Position numbers and translations under genes: made by a program | Notes under the pieces: model-generated | Database searches by the model: none | Told to the model about the DNA's origin: nothing | Seen by the model: only the letters and a program-made list of their open reading frames with translations | Part shown: positions 17,262 to 25,924 of the stretch, one piece after another | How the letters are laid out: every line of letters begins with the position of its first letter | Position numbering within the stretch: position 1 is the first letter of the stretch | Assembly (NCBI GenBank): GCA_964547855.1 | Contig: CAZJPG010000004.1 | Span: 1-54,050 of the forward strand | Length of the DNA stretch: 54,050 nt | Direction of reading: 5' to 3' | Origin: an uncultured Gammaproteobacteria bacterium | GTDB lineage: Bacteria > Patescibacteriota > Patescibacteriia > Patescibacteriales > WJLG01

Positions 17262-17924
17262 TTATTGTTTTTGATTTAAAATTAGATTTATGATCTTCTC
17301 CCAGTTGTCGAGCGGGATGTCGCCAGCCACCCTATATCCATTGACGAAGAAGGTTGGTGTGCCAGCTACGCCAAGAGTCTGTCCGTCAGCTGCGTCTTTT
17401 TGTATTTGAATCATTACGTCGCCACTTTCTAAGCAGTCTGAGAAATCTTTTTTGTTAGCCCCGACGCTAACGGCGATATTCGGTAGGCTGGAAAGATCGA
17501 AATTTCCTTGATTGGCGAATAATTTATCGTGCATCGCCCAAAAAAGACCTTGTTTGCCGGCACAGCGAGCGGCAATGGCAAGTTGGTCGGAGTTTTCATG
17601 TACGGGATAATCCTTAAAGACGATCTTAACGCTGTCTTTATATTTTATTCCTATTTGCCTGATTTTGGAGTGTGACTCTTTGCAGTATGGGCATTCGAAA
17701 TCAGAGAATTCGACGATAGTTATTTTAGGTTTTTCGGACCCAAACCAGAAGTCGCCCTCGATCGGGACGGTAGAAGTCTCGGTTTGTCTTTCTATCTTTT
17801 TAGAGATGTCCGATTCGTTGTCCGCACCATCTTGCGGTCCGATGAAATAAACGATAATCGCGCAAATCAATATGATCAGACCGAAAACTATCAAGGCGAT
17901 ATTTTTCTTGCTCGGTTTTTCCAT
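17262..17924 (-). CDS. Membrane-anchored DsbA-family thiol-disulfide oxidoreductase
   Basis: N-terminal TM; EFSDFECPYC; GTPTFFVNG. Confidence 0.9.
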   Translation of the reverse strand: MEKPSKKNIALIVFGLIILICAIIVYFIGPQDGADNESDISKKIERQTETSTVPIEGDFWFGSEKPKITIVEFSDFECPYCKESHSKIRQIGIKYKDSVKIVFKDYPVHENSDQLAIAARCAGKQGLFWAMHDKLFANQGNFDLSSLPNIAVSVGANKKDFSDCLESGDVMIQIQKDAADGQTLGVAGTPTFFVNGYRVAGDIPLDNWEKIINLILNQKQ

Positions 17925-17961
17925 TGCCCTTGAGTCGTTTATTGGATTATAATATATATTG

Positions 17962-17990
17962 ATTATAACATTTTTAATCTATGTCTCCAA
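17962..17990 (-). promoter_or_regulatory. Candidate promoter for the dsbA-por operon
   Basis: Minus strand TTGGAG-17 bp-TATAAT with TG extension. Confidence 0.55.
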
Positions 17991-18130
17991 ATGGCAAAAA
18001 TAAGGATTTAGAATATTGGGAGAAGAGAATAGAGGGGAGGTCCAAAAAGCGTTCGACTAAGGGTAAGCCAAGGATGAAGGTGAGTGGCGCTGGAGTTAAA
18101 GTTTTAGAAAGGATAATAAGATCTAAATAA
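17981..18130 (+). CDS. 49-aa basic small protein, absent from the ORF track
   Basis: MSPNGKNKDLEYWEKRIEGRSKKRSTKGKPRMKVSGAGVKVLERIIRSK; ends 7 nt before the tspO ATG; purine-rich coding-like composition. Confidence 0.55.
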   Translation: MSPNGKNKDLEYWEKRIEGRSKKRSTKGKPRMKVSGAGVKVLERIIRSK

Positions 18131-18137
18131 TAAAACT

Positions 18138-18599
18138 ATGAAAGATTTTTTAGCTTTGCTTGGTTTTTTGTTGGCCTCGGCCGCAACCGCCGCCATAGGT
18201 GGCTTGGCTCCGTCGGCTGCGGGATATGTCGAATTAAGGCAGCCATTCTTTGCTCCGCCGTCTTGGTTGTTTGGACCGGTTTGGACTTTGCTCTATGTTT
18301 TAATGGCCGTAGCCGCTTGGCTAGTTTGGCGGGAAAGAAAAAAGACCAAAGTCAAAGTGGCTTTATTTTTTTATTTCGCGCAATTAGCCTTGAATGCCTT
18401 GTGGACGTTGATATTCTTTTTATGGATGGCCAGATTTTGGGCCGTGGTCGAAATAATTATCCTCTTCGTGTTCATTTTTGTGACTACGTTGTTTTTCGGA
18501 CGCATCAAAAAGGCATCGGCCTATCTAATGATCCCGTACATGGCTTGGGTGATCTTTGCCACAGTTTTAGCTTCGGCAGTTTGGTATCTTAATAGATGA
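18138..18599 (+). CDS. tspO: TspO/MBR family protein
   Basis: L.QPFFAPPSWLFGPVWTLLY, QLALNALW, PYMAWV.FA. Confidence 0.92.
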   Translation: MKDFLALLGFLLASAATAAIGGLAPSAAGYVELRQPFFAPPSWLFGPVWTLLYVLMAVAAWLVWRERKKTKVKVALFFYFAQLALNALWTLIFFLWMARFWAVVEIIILFVFIFVTTLFFGRIKKASAYLMIPYMAWVIFATVLASAVWYLNR

Positions 18600-18623
18600 T
18601 CGTCAGTTAATCTTTGATAATAT

Positions 18624-19382
18624 ATGATGAGATTTTTTTCTTGGAATGTGAACGGTCTTAGGGCAGTGATAAAAAAGGGATTTAACGAATTTCTTAAAAA
18701 AGAGAAGCCAGATATTTTAGGGTTGCAGGAAATAAAAATATCGGAAGAGGCTAGAAAAAAAGAAGAATTCGATTTTGCCGGTTATCAAGAATTTTGGAAT
18801 TGCGCCAAGCGTCCAGGTTACTCGGGTACGGCCGTCTTGGTTAAGGAAGGAATTAAAGTCGTTGGTCGTGTAAAATTTCCAAATGACGACGAAGGACGAG
18901 TGTTGATTTTGGAATTCGGTAAATTTTATTTTGTTAACGTTTATTTTCCAAACGCCAATCATGAGTTGAGCCGACTTGATTTCAAAATGGAATTCAACGA
19001 TAGATTACTGAAGTTTTTAAAGAAGCTTGAGAAGAAAAAGCCTTTGGTCGTTTGTGGTGATTACAATGTCGCTTATGAGCCTATCGACTTGGCGAGGCCA
19101 AAAGAAAACGAGGGCAATCCTGGTTATACTAAGGAAGAAAGGGGTTGGTTTTCGAAGTTCATGAAGGCTGGTTTTAAAGATACTTTTCGCATTTTAAACC
19201 CGGAAAAAGTCCAATATTCTTGGTGGAGTTTTAGAGCAGGGGCCAGATCGAGAAATGTCGGGTGGAGGATTGACTATTTTTGTGTTTCGTGTAATATTAT
19301 CAATAAAGTTAGCAGTTCTTTTATAAAAGATGGAATTACCGGCAGTGATCATGCTCCGGTCGGAGTAGAGATAAAAATGTAA
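18624..19382 (+). CDS. xth: Exodeoxyribonuclease III / AP endonuclease
   Basis: SWNVNGLRA, LQEIK, GYSGTA, GDYNVA, GWRIDYF, GSDHAP. Confidence 0.95.
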   Translation: MMRFFSWNVNGLRAVIKKGFNEFLKKEKPDILGLQEIKISEEARKKEEFDFAGYQEFWNCAKRPGYSGTAVLVKEGIKVVGRVKFPNDDEGRVLILEFGKFYFVNVYFPNANHELSRLDFKMEFNDRLLKFLKKLEKKKPLVVCGDYNVAYEPIDLARPKENEGNPGYTKEERGWFSKFMKAGFKDTFRILNPEKVQYSWWSFRAGARSRNVGWRIDYFCVSCNIINKVSSSFIKDGITGSDHAPVGVEIKM

Positions 19383-19398
19383 ACAGGGAGGGATCGTT

Positions 19399-19542
19399 AT
19401 GGGTAGTGTTCCTGATTGGTTGATTTTAGTTCTATTCTTTGTGGTGATGTTGGTGTCTTGTACGGCTGGTGGATGGCTTGGAATAAAATATGTCATCAAC
19501 AAAGTAATTGGTTTTATAGCTCGTTATAGCAAAAATGGTTAA
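19399..19542 (+). CDS. 47-aa membrane peptide, absent from the ORF track
   Basis: GGGAGG SD; MGSVPDWLILVLFFVVMLVSCTAGGWLGIKYVINKVIGFIARYSKNG. Confidence 0.55.
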   Translation: MGSVPDWLILVLFFVVMLVSCTAGGWLGIKYVINKVIGFIARYSKNG

Positions 19543-19561
19543 TCTTAAAGAGGCGGTGAAC

Positions 19562-19735
19562 ATGAAAAAAAGTTTTTGGTTGGTGTCAGCGCTTGTTTCG
19601 GTCGGTGCGATATTCGTTTTGGCCGGCATGACGGCTTTGGCCTTAGTTTGGCCGAGCTACAGGAGGATCTTCGCAGCCGAATTATCCGAGGCCGTGGATC
19701 GTGGACATGAGGCTGGTGCGTATCCGGTTGATTAG
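19562..19735 (+). CDS. Small single-TM hypothetical protein
   Basis: GAGGCGGTG SD-like sequence before ATG 19562; hydrophobic N-terminus. Confidence 0.55.
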   Translation: MKKSFWLVSALVSVGAIFVLAGMTALALVWPSYRRIFAAELSEAVDRGHEAGAYPVD

Positions 19736-19759
19736 GATGCGGCTGGTTAGGGGGTTGTC

Positions 19760-20035
19760 ATGATTTTGCCAAGAGTGAAACTGAAAAAGAGAGAAGGTAG
19801 CGATAGTTATTTTATAAATGACGGCAAAAGAATATCGGCTATCAATGAATCATTTCTCAGTAATTCGGATTTATCGGTGATAGGCGTAGTCAAAGAGAAT
19901 GAGAGGACTTGGTTCATTCGTAGTGATGATGTCGAGAATGGTGATGTTATTTGGGTCGAGGCGACGTTCGATGAGGTCGCCAGATACCAAGAGACCGGCA
20001 AAAAGGATTTTTTGAAAGAAGATTTACCGCTTTAA
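19760..20035 (+). CDS. Small hypothetical protein
   Basis: AGGGGG SD-like sequence; 91 aa; followed by a terminator. Confidence 0.6.
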   Translation: MILPRVKLKKREGSDSYFINDGKRISAINESFLSNSDLSVIGVVKENERTWFIRSDDVENGDVIWVEATFDEVARYQETGKKDFLKEDLPL

Positions 20036-20044
20036 TAGCGGATG

Positions 20045-20071
20045 GGCGACTGTGATAACAGCCGCTTTTTT
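20045..20071 (+). terminator. Intrinsic terminator
   Basis: gcgactgt/acagccgc hairpin followed by T6. Confidence 0.65.
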
Positions 20072-20107
20072 ATTGGGTAAAGGCAATTTTAAATGATGTT
20101 TTTTAAT

Positions 20108-20136
20108 TTGCTTTTTTGTTTTTTTTAGGTTAAAAT
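20108..20136 (+). promoter_or_regulatory. Candidate leuS promoter
   Basis: TTGCTT-17 bp-TAAAAT. Confidence 0.55.
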
Positions 20137-20171
20137 CGGAATAAGCGAATATTAAATAAAGTCTTTGATAT

Positions 20172-23060
20172 ATGGAAAGATACGATCACAAAGCCATTGA
20201 GAAAAAATGGCAAACAAAATGGGAGGAAGATGGGGTATACAAGACCGGAGAAGACCGCTCTAAGCCGAAGTATTATGTTTTGGACATGTTTCCCTATCCA
20301 TCAGGGGCTGGTTTGCATATCGGTCATGTTAAGGGTTATTCGGCGACCGACGTTCTGGCTAGGATGAAAAGAATGCAAGGCTTCAATGTTTTGCACCCGA
20401 TCGGTTGGGACGCTTTTGGTTTGCCGGCGGAGAACTATGCTTTAAAGAATAAAGTCCACCCTAAAATTCAAACAGAGGAGAATGTATCTTATTTTAAGCA
20501 ACAGCTTAAGGGTTTGGGTTTTTCTTACGATTGGGACAGAGAGATAAATACTACGGATCCGGAGTATTATAGATGGACGCAGTGGGCCTTTATTAAGATG
20601 TGGGAGAAAGGTTTGGCCTACGAGTCGTTCGAGCCGATCATTTGGTGCCCATCTTGCCAGACTGGCTTGGCTATGGAGGATTTGGAAGACGGAAAGTGCG
20701 AGCGCTGCGGCAGTGAGATCGAGCGCAAGCCAATGCGCCAGTGGGTTATAAAAATAACTCAATATGCTGATCGTTTGCTTGCCGATTTGGATAAATTACC
20801 GGGATGGGAGGAGTCGATCAAGGAGATGCAGCGCAATTGGATAGGAAAATCAGAAGGTGCGGAGATAATATTTCAAATAAAAAATAAAAAAGAAGAAACA
20901 AAGAATGAGGGGGTAAAAGTCTTTACTACGCGTCCGGACACTTTATTTGGAGTAAGCTATGTGGTTCTCGCGCCAGAACACCCGTTGATCGGCGAATTGC
21001 GGTCAGATATCGGCAACTGGGGAGAGGTTGAGGAGTACATCGAAAAGGCTAGGGCCAAGACTGATTTACAAAGGACCGATTTGAACAAAGACAAGACTGG
21101 TATGAAGCTGGATGGTGTTATGGCAATAAATCCAGTTAACGATGAAAAGGTTCCAGTATTCGTCGCTGATTATGTTTTGGCTAATTATGGCACTGGTGCG
21201 GTAATGGCCGTTCCAGCGCACGATCAGCGTGATTATGAATTCGCCCGCAAATATAGTTTGCCAATGAAGCAAGTGATCAGGCCAAAGGATTGTTCTTGGG
21301 ATGACATAAACAAGGTCTTAAAAGGATTGAAAAATATTAAATCCATAGCCGATGAGAGCGGGGTCAAGTTTTGGCTAATGGGAGGATTGGCCTGTGCTTT
21401 CCACAATGGAGTTATATATCGTCAGCATGGAGACTTGGATCTTATAGTCGAGAATGAAGTCGATCTCTCTGGATTCGGTTTAGTTTTGGAAAAGGCGGGT
21501 TTTTTGAAAAAAGGAGAAGAAGTGGACTGTGAAGACCCGAGCCGCAATCATTGTATATATAAGAACGACGAAGGATTGGAGGTCGGAGTCAGTCTTTATA
21601 AACATTTGCCTGATTTTAAGACTCCTGGCCTATCAGAGGAAAAGAAAAAATATAGTGACGTGGAAACTCTCGTGATCAGCCGTGAATATGCCGAGATTTT
21701 TAAGCAGCATCAAATAGAGAAGCGCAACCTTCCTAAAGATATTTTGGATAAGCAATATTTTGGTGGAAAGGCCTTTGAGGACGAGGGTGCTTGTGTGAAC
21801 TCTGATTTTTTAGATGGTCTACCGACGGACGAGGCTAAGAAAAAAATGACAGAATGGCTTGAGCAAAACGAAAAAGGAAAAAAGAAGGTTAATTATAAAT
21901 TGAACGATTGGGTGTTCTCCAGACAAAGATATTGGGGTGAGCCGATTCCTTTCGTGCATTGTGAAAAGTGTGGCACTGTGCCCGTTTCTGTCGACGAGTT
22001 GCCGGTTAAATTGCCGGATGTCGAGCATTATGAGCCGACCGGAACGGGGGAGTCTCCATTGGCGAATATCACGGATTGGGTTAATACGACTTGTCCTAAA
22101 TGCGGTGGAGCGGCTAAGCGCGAGACCAACACGATGCCGCAATGGGCTGGTTCTTCTTGGTATTATTTGCGTTATATGGACCCAAAGAATGATGAAGCTT
22201 TGGTCGATTTGGCCAAGGAGAAATATTGGTCGCCAATCGATTTCTATGTCGGCGGCGCCGAGCATGCCACCCGTCATCTGATCTATGCTCGTTTTTGGCA
22301 TAAGTTCTTATTTGATATTGGCGTCGTTAATTACGAAGAACCGTTCACTAAGTTGCAGCATGTCGGGCTTGTTTTAGGTACTGACGGCAGAAAGATCAGT
22401 AAGCGCTTGAACAACGGAGCCAATCCTTTGGATGTGGCGGCGGAATTCGGCGCCGACGCTTTACGCATCTATGAGAATTTCATGGGTCCATTTGGCCAGT
22501 CTTGTGCCTGGGGCAGCAATGGCCCTGTGGGTGTGCGTCGATTTTTAGATAAAGTTTGGGCGATAGCCAATAGTGGTTTTTCTCCTGAAAGCAGTAAGGA
22601 AGTTTTGAATTTGCTTCACAAGACCATTAAAAAGGTCGGTGACGATATTGCGGAGTTTAATTTGAATACGGCCGTCTCGGCTATGATGATCATGGTCAAC
22701 GCTATCGATGAGCAGGGGATTTCTAAGGAAGATTTTTCAAAGTTCATACAAATACTTTCGCCTTTTGCCCCGCATCTTTGCGAGGAGATTTGGCATGATA
22801 AATTAGGACAGCAAGATGGTGTCTTTAAGACCGAGTGGCCGAAATATGACGAAACTTTAATGAGGGACGAAGTTATAAATTTGGTAGTTCAGGTCAATGG
22901 TAAATTACGCGCCACTCTTAAAGTGTCTCCAGAGATAAACGAAGACGAGGCCAAGAAGGTCGCGTTCGAAAACGCCGATGTTAAAAAGTGGGTCGATGGC
23001 AAAGAGATTGTTAAAGTAGTTTTTGTCCCGGGCAAACTTTTGAATTTTGTAGTAAGATAG
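20172..23060 (+). CDS. leuS: Leucine--tRNA ligase with an inserted nucleotidyltransferase-like domain
   Basis: MFPYPSGAGLHIGH, FTTRPDT, AVMAVPAHDQRD (CP1), DWVFSRQRYWG, KISKR, VVQVNGKLRA; ~160-aa insertion at ~21282-21770. Confidence 0.96.
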   Translation: MERYDHKAIEKKWQTKWEEDGVYKTGEDRSKPKYYVLDMFPYPSGAGLHIGHVKGYSATDVLARMKRMQGFNVLHPIGWDAFGLPAENYALKNKVHPKIQTEENVSYFKQQLKGLGFSYDWDREINTTDPEYYRWTQWAFIKMWEKGLAYESFEPIIWCPSCQTGLAMEDLEDGKCERCGSEIERKPMRQWVIKITQYADRLLADLDKLPGWEESIKEMQRNWIGKSEGAEIIFQIKNKKEETKNEGVKVFTTRPDTLFGVSYVVLAPEHPLIGELRSDIGNWGEVEEYIEKARAKTDLQRTDLNKDKTGMKLDGVMAINPVNDEKVPVFVADYVLANYGTGAVMAVPAHDQRDYEFARKYSLPMKQVIRPKDCSWDDINKVLKGLKNIKSIADESGVKFWLMGGLACAFHNGVIYRQHGDLDLIVENEVDLSGFGLVLEKAGFLKKGEEVDCEDPSRNHCIYKNDEGLEVGVSLYKHLPDFKTPGLSEEKKKYSDVETLVISREYAEIFKQHQIEKRNLPKDILDKQYFGGKAFEDEGACVNSDFLDGLPTDEAKKKMTEWLEQNEKGKKKVNYKLNDWVFSRQRYWGEPIPFVHCEKCGTVPVSVDELPVKLPDVEHYEPTGTGESPLANITDWVNTTCPKCGGAAKRETNTMPQWAGSSWYYLRYMDPKNDEALVDLAKEKYWSPIDFYVGGAEHATRHLIYARFWHKFLFDIGVVNYEEPFTKLQHVGLVLGTDGRKISKRLNNGANPLDVAAEFGADALRIYENFMGPFGQSCAWGSNGPVGVRRFLDKVWAIANSGFSPESSKEVLNLLHKTIKKVGDDIAEFNLNTAVSAMMIMVNAIDEQGISKEDFSKFIQILSPFAPHLCEEIWHDKLGQQDGVFKTEWPKYDETLMRDEVINLVVQVNGKLRATLKVSPEINEDEAKKVAFENADVKKWVDGKEIVKVVFVPGKLLNFVVR

Positions 23061-23121
23061 ATAATATAAAAAATTTTCGCGTAGCCCATAAAGAGTTGCG
23101 CGTCTCACATTCACGCACAAA

Positions 23122-24351
23122 ATGAAACGTCCTCATTATTTTTCCGGAAAAGTCTCCGGAGGTTTTGTTTCCATCTATTCCTCTAAAATAATTACCGGCA
23201 TCTCTTCGGCCTTAATGGGGCTGTTCTTGCCGATTTTTTTATTCGAGGCCCTAAATCTTAATCTGAGTCATGTCTTGATCTATTGCTTGATCGATTATTC
23301 TCTTTACGGATTATTGGTTTGCTTCGGGGCTAGGTTCTCTCTTAATAAATTAGGGATCAAAAAGTCTATTATCGTTAGTGTCTTTTTTGGGGCGATTTTT
23401 TATTTAGTACTGTTTTTGATGACCGAAAAAGGCGCCAGTTTCGGGCTGACCGACCATAATCTGTATTTGATGCTTGGACTTACGATCTTGTTCATAAATT
23501 TGAATCGCTGGCTCTATTGGGTGCCGATGCATACAGACCTGACAAAATTCACTGACAAGGATAACCGAGTTAGGGAGATGTCCTTTTTAGAGGCCACGTT
23601 GACATCTTTGCGCGCCATCGTTCCATTTTTTGGTGGATGGATATTGTTAGAGTATGGATATAACGTGCTTTTTCTAATGACCATTTTTATTTATTTTTCC
23701 TCGATATTTCCGTTGCTTAGATTGCCTAAGACAGAGGAGAGATTCAGCTGGACCTATGGGCGCACTTGGAAGGAATTTTTTTCCAAGAAACGCCGTAAGA
23801 CCGTTCTGGCTTTTATGGGTGATGGAGCTGAAAATGTAGTGTCAGGAACTATTTGGCCGATATTCATTTGGCAGCTTTTAAATGGTAATTATTTTACTGT
23901 CGGCGCCATTTCTTCGTTAATAGTTTTGGCTACGATAGCCTTGCAATTAGCCGTTGGAAGATTCGCTGATCTTGGTAAACGTGATAAGATCCTGCGCTGG
24001 GGCACAATTTTGTACTCCGTTGGTTGGGTAGTTAAGATATTTATCGAGACAGCTTTTCAGATATTCGTTATTTCCACTTATCATAATTTGACCCGCATTT
24101 TCACTCGTGCCCCATTTGATGCCTTGAATTATCAAAAAGCCGCCGATCAAGGGCATTATGTTGACGAATATACTGTCATTCATGAAATGGCTTTAATGTT
24201 CGGACGCATCGTGGTGATCTTGGCGATGCTGGCTTTGATCCCGATTTTTGGCATCGCTCCAACCTTTATTTTGGCAGCTTTATCGACCTTATTGATGAAT
24301 TTCTTGATCGATAGCAAGACCGTAGAGGCCATAGAAGCTAGGGTTGGCTGA
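23122..24351 (+). CDS. MFS-like transporter
   Basis: ~12 predicted TM segments in a 6+6 layout; GRFAD motif. Confidence 0.8.
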   Translation: MKRPHYFSGKVSGGFVSIYSSKIITGISSALMGLFLPIFLFEALNLNLSHVLIYCLIDYSLYGLLVCFGARFSLNKLGIKKSIIVSVFFGAIFYLVLFLMTEKGASFGLTDHNLYLMLGLTILFINLNRWLYWVPMHTDLTKFTDKDNRVREMSFLEATLTSLRAIVPFFGGWILLEYGYNVLFLMTIFIYFSSIFPLLRLPKTEERFSWTYGRTWKEFFSKKRRKTVLAFMGDGAENVVSGTIWPIFIWQLLNGNYFTVGAISSLIVLATIALQLAVGRFADLGKRDKILRWGTILYSVGWVVKIFIETAFQIFVISTYHNLTRIFTRAPFDALNYQKAADQGHYVDEYTVIHEMALMFGRIVVILAMLALIPIFGIAPTFILAALSTLLMNFLIDSKTVEAIEARVG

Positions 24352-24385
24352 TAGCTGTGATAATCGTGTTGTTTGGAATTAACCA

Positions 24386-24424
24386 AAATAAAGCCGCAGA
24401 TTTTTAAATCAGCGGCATTTTTTG
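24386..24424. terminator. Bidirectional terminator
   Basis: gccgc-agattt/aaatc-agcggc stem with flanking A/T tracts between convergent genes. Confidence 0.7.
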
Positions 24425-24437
24425 ATTGAGAAAATAT

Positions 24438-25025
24438 TCAGATCGTAAAAGACTCGTAAAAATCCATTATTCTTTTTTGTGGATGTATATAATTTTTTAT
24501 GTTTTCTGGAGTTGTGAATATTTCCGGATTTTTTTTATAGATTAGAAATAATTTCAAGAAAAAAGTATGGCTTACACAAAGGATGTTGGGGTGTTTTAAT
24601 CTTAACTCTGACAATTTTTTATCTAATTTTTTGATTCTTGCAAGTAATTCATGCCTTTTCTCATTTAGATCGTCACTTATGAAAAGTTCGATAAAATTTT
24701 TTCTAATGGCTGTGCTTAAATTTTTATTATATTCCTTCTCTGTTATGGTTGGGGAGAATTTTATTTCTTGTAATAGTGTTGAGTAAATGATTTTCGGATT
24801 TTTATTGAAAGAGATATTTTTGATCGTTTCTTTCGCTCGTTTTGCGGTGGAGCTTATTATAAAATCAGCCTCACTTCTTTGTTTGTCAATGGGGATTTTT
24901 TTTACCATATCCATATCTAGTCCGGGGTCGTTTTTTCTAGAAAGAAGGAGTTTAATATTATTGAATTTGCTTAATTTGTTTTTTACAACAGGGTTATAGG
25001 GACCTATTTTCATTAAGGTAATCAT
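24438..25025 (-). CDS. Degenerate histidine-phosphatase-fold protein
   Basis: SSTAKRAKET, LQEIKF and ILCVSH match His_Phos_1 landmarks; the RHG motif is replaced by MKIG. Confidence 0.6.
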   Translation of the reverse strand: MITLMKIGPYNPVVKNKLSKFNNIKLLLSRKNDPGLDMDMVKKIPIDKQRSEADFIISSTAKRAKETIKNISFNKNPKIIYSTLLQEIKFSPTITEKEYNKNLSTAIRKNFIELFISDDLNEKRHELLARIKKLDKKLSELRLKHPNILCVSHTFFLKLFLIYKKNPEIFTTPENIKNYIHPQKRIMDFYESFTI

Positions 25026-25030
25026 GTTTT

Positions 25031-25073
25031 TAAAAATGATCGGGGGATAATTATTTCATCTCCCCCGATTCAT
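25031..25073 (-). terminator. Intrinsic terminator after the 25076..25882 gene
   Basis: atcggggga/tcccccgat stem followed by TTTTT on the minus strand. Confidence 0.7.
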
Positions 25074-25075
25074 TG

Positions 25076-25882
25076 TCAATAAAGCTCTCCCTCTATTACC
25101 CCAACCGGGAATTTGGGGTGTGGAGCTAAATAATCTGAATTTGGCACAAGACTAAAGTCAAAAAAATTTTTAATATTCAATGTCTCATGGTTTATAACTA
25201 TGAGATTTTGATTTAAAAATATTTTTCTTAATAGTGTTCCTTGTGTCATGTAAAGGCTCATGGCGTGTGCCGCTGCTTTCTTGTTTTCCTCTTCACTTAG
25301 TTCTCGTCCTCGAAACATCATGGAGAGAAGGGCTCTTTTATTCATGAAATAAGAAAACCTTATTTTAAAATCTCTGTCCGTGCCTTGTCTATCCAATATG
25401 TTTTTTTCTACGATTTCTTGAATTTGGAGATAGTCAATTCCTTTGTCTTGGTAAAAAGATGAAAAAGTTTCCACCTTAGCCAGGCCATTAATTTTTTCTT
25501 GTATGGCCTTAGCGGAATTTTCGCAGCATTCAAGATACTTTTCCCTGTTTTCGGCTACTCGACAGTAAAACTCTTCCATTCCTGATGATATTTCTGGTAG
25601 ATCCGCGACTAGTATGATCCATTTGATGTTTATTTTTCGATGACAGAGATCGTTGATTAAGCACGGAACCGAATCAATGTGGGCTTTGGCCGACAGGCTT
25701 ATCCCGCTTCCAAGTTTACCGGAAAAAGTATATTTTTCTCCGTCATTTGGGTAATCTGGACAGACATTGGATACTAAGGTTATTTCCTTATTCATCCTTT
25801 CTATTTTTTTAACTCCTTGTTTGGAAAACAGAATTTTGTTAGCCTGACCGACAGTGAAATAGTCTTTGCGATTGAGCGACAT
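25076..25882 (-). CDS. Hypothetical protein; possible class Ic aaRS/CDPS-like Rossmann domain
   Basis: AGGAGG SD; downstream of a T-box; segments VCPDY, WIILVADLPE, AKVETFSSF, SLYMTQG. Confidence 0.7.
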   Translation of the reverse strand: MSLNRKDYFTVGQANKILFSKQGVKKIERMNKEITLVSNVCPDYPNDGEKYTFSGKLGSGISLSAKAHIDSVPCLINDLCHRKINIKWIILVADLPEISSGMEEFYCRVAENREKYLECCENSAKAIQEKINGLAKVETFSSFYQDKGIDYLQIQEIVEKNILDRQGTDRDFKIRFSYFMNKRALLSMMFRGRELSEEENKKAAAHAMSLYMTQGTLLRKIFLNQNLIVINHETLNIKNFFDFSLVPNSDYLAPHPKFPVGVIEGELY

Positions 25883-25924
25883 ACGTCCTCCTTTTTTTGT
25901 TTTAAAGAACAGTGAATAAAGAAC

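Noticed and set aside
21282-21770. Intein or intron in leuS
   Set aside because: No Cys/Ser N-terminal or His-Asn C-terminal splice motifs and no LAGLIDADG; the frame is uninterrupted and carries NTase motifs
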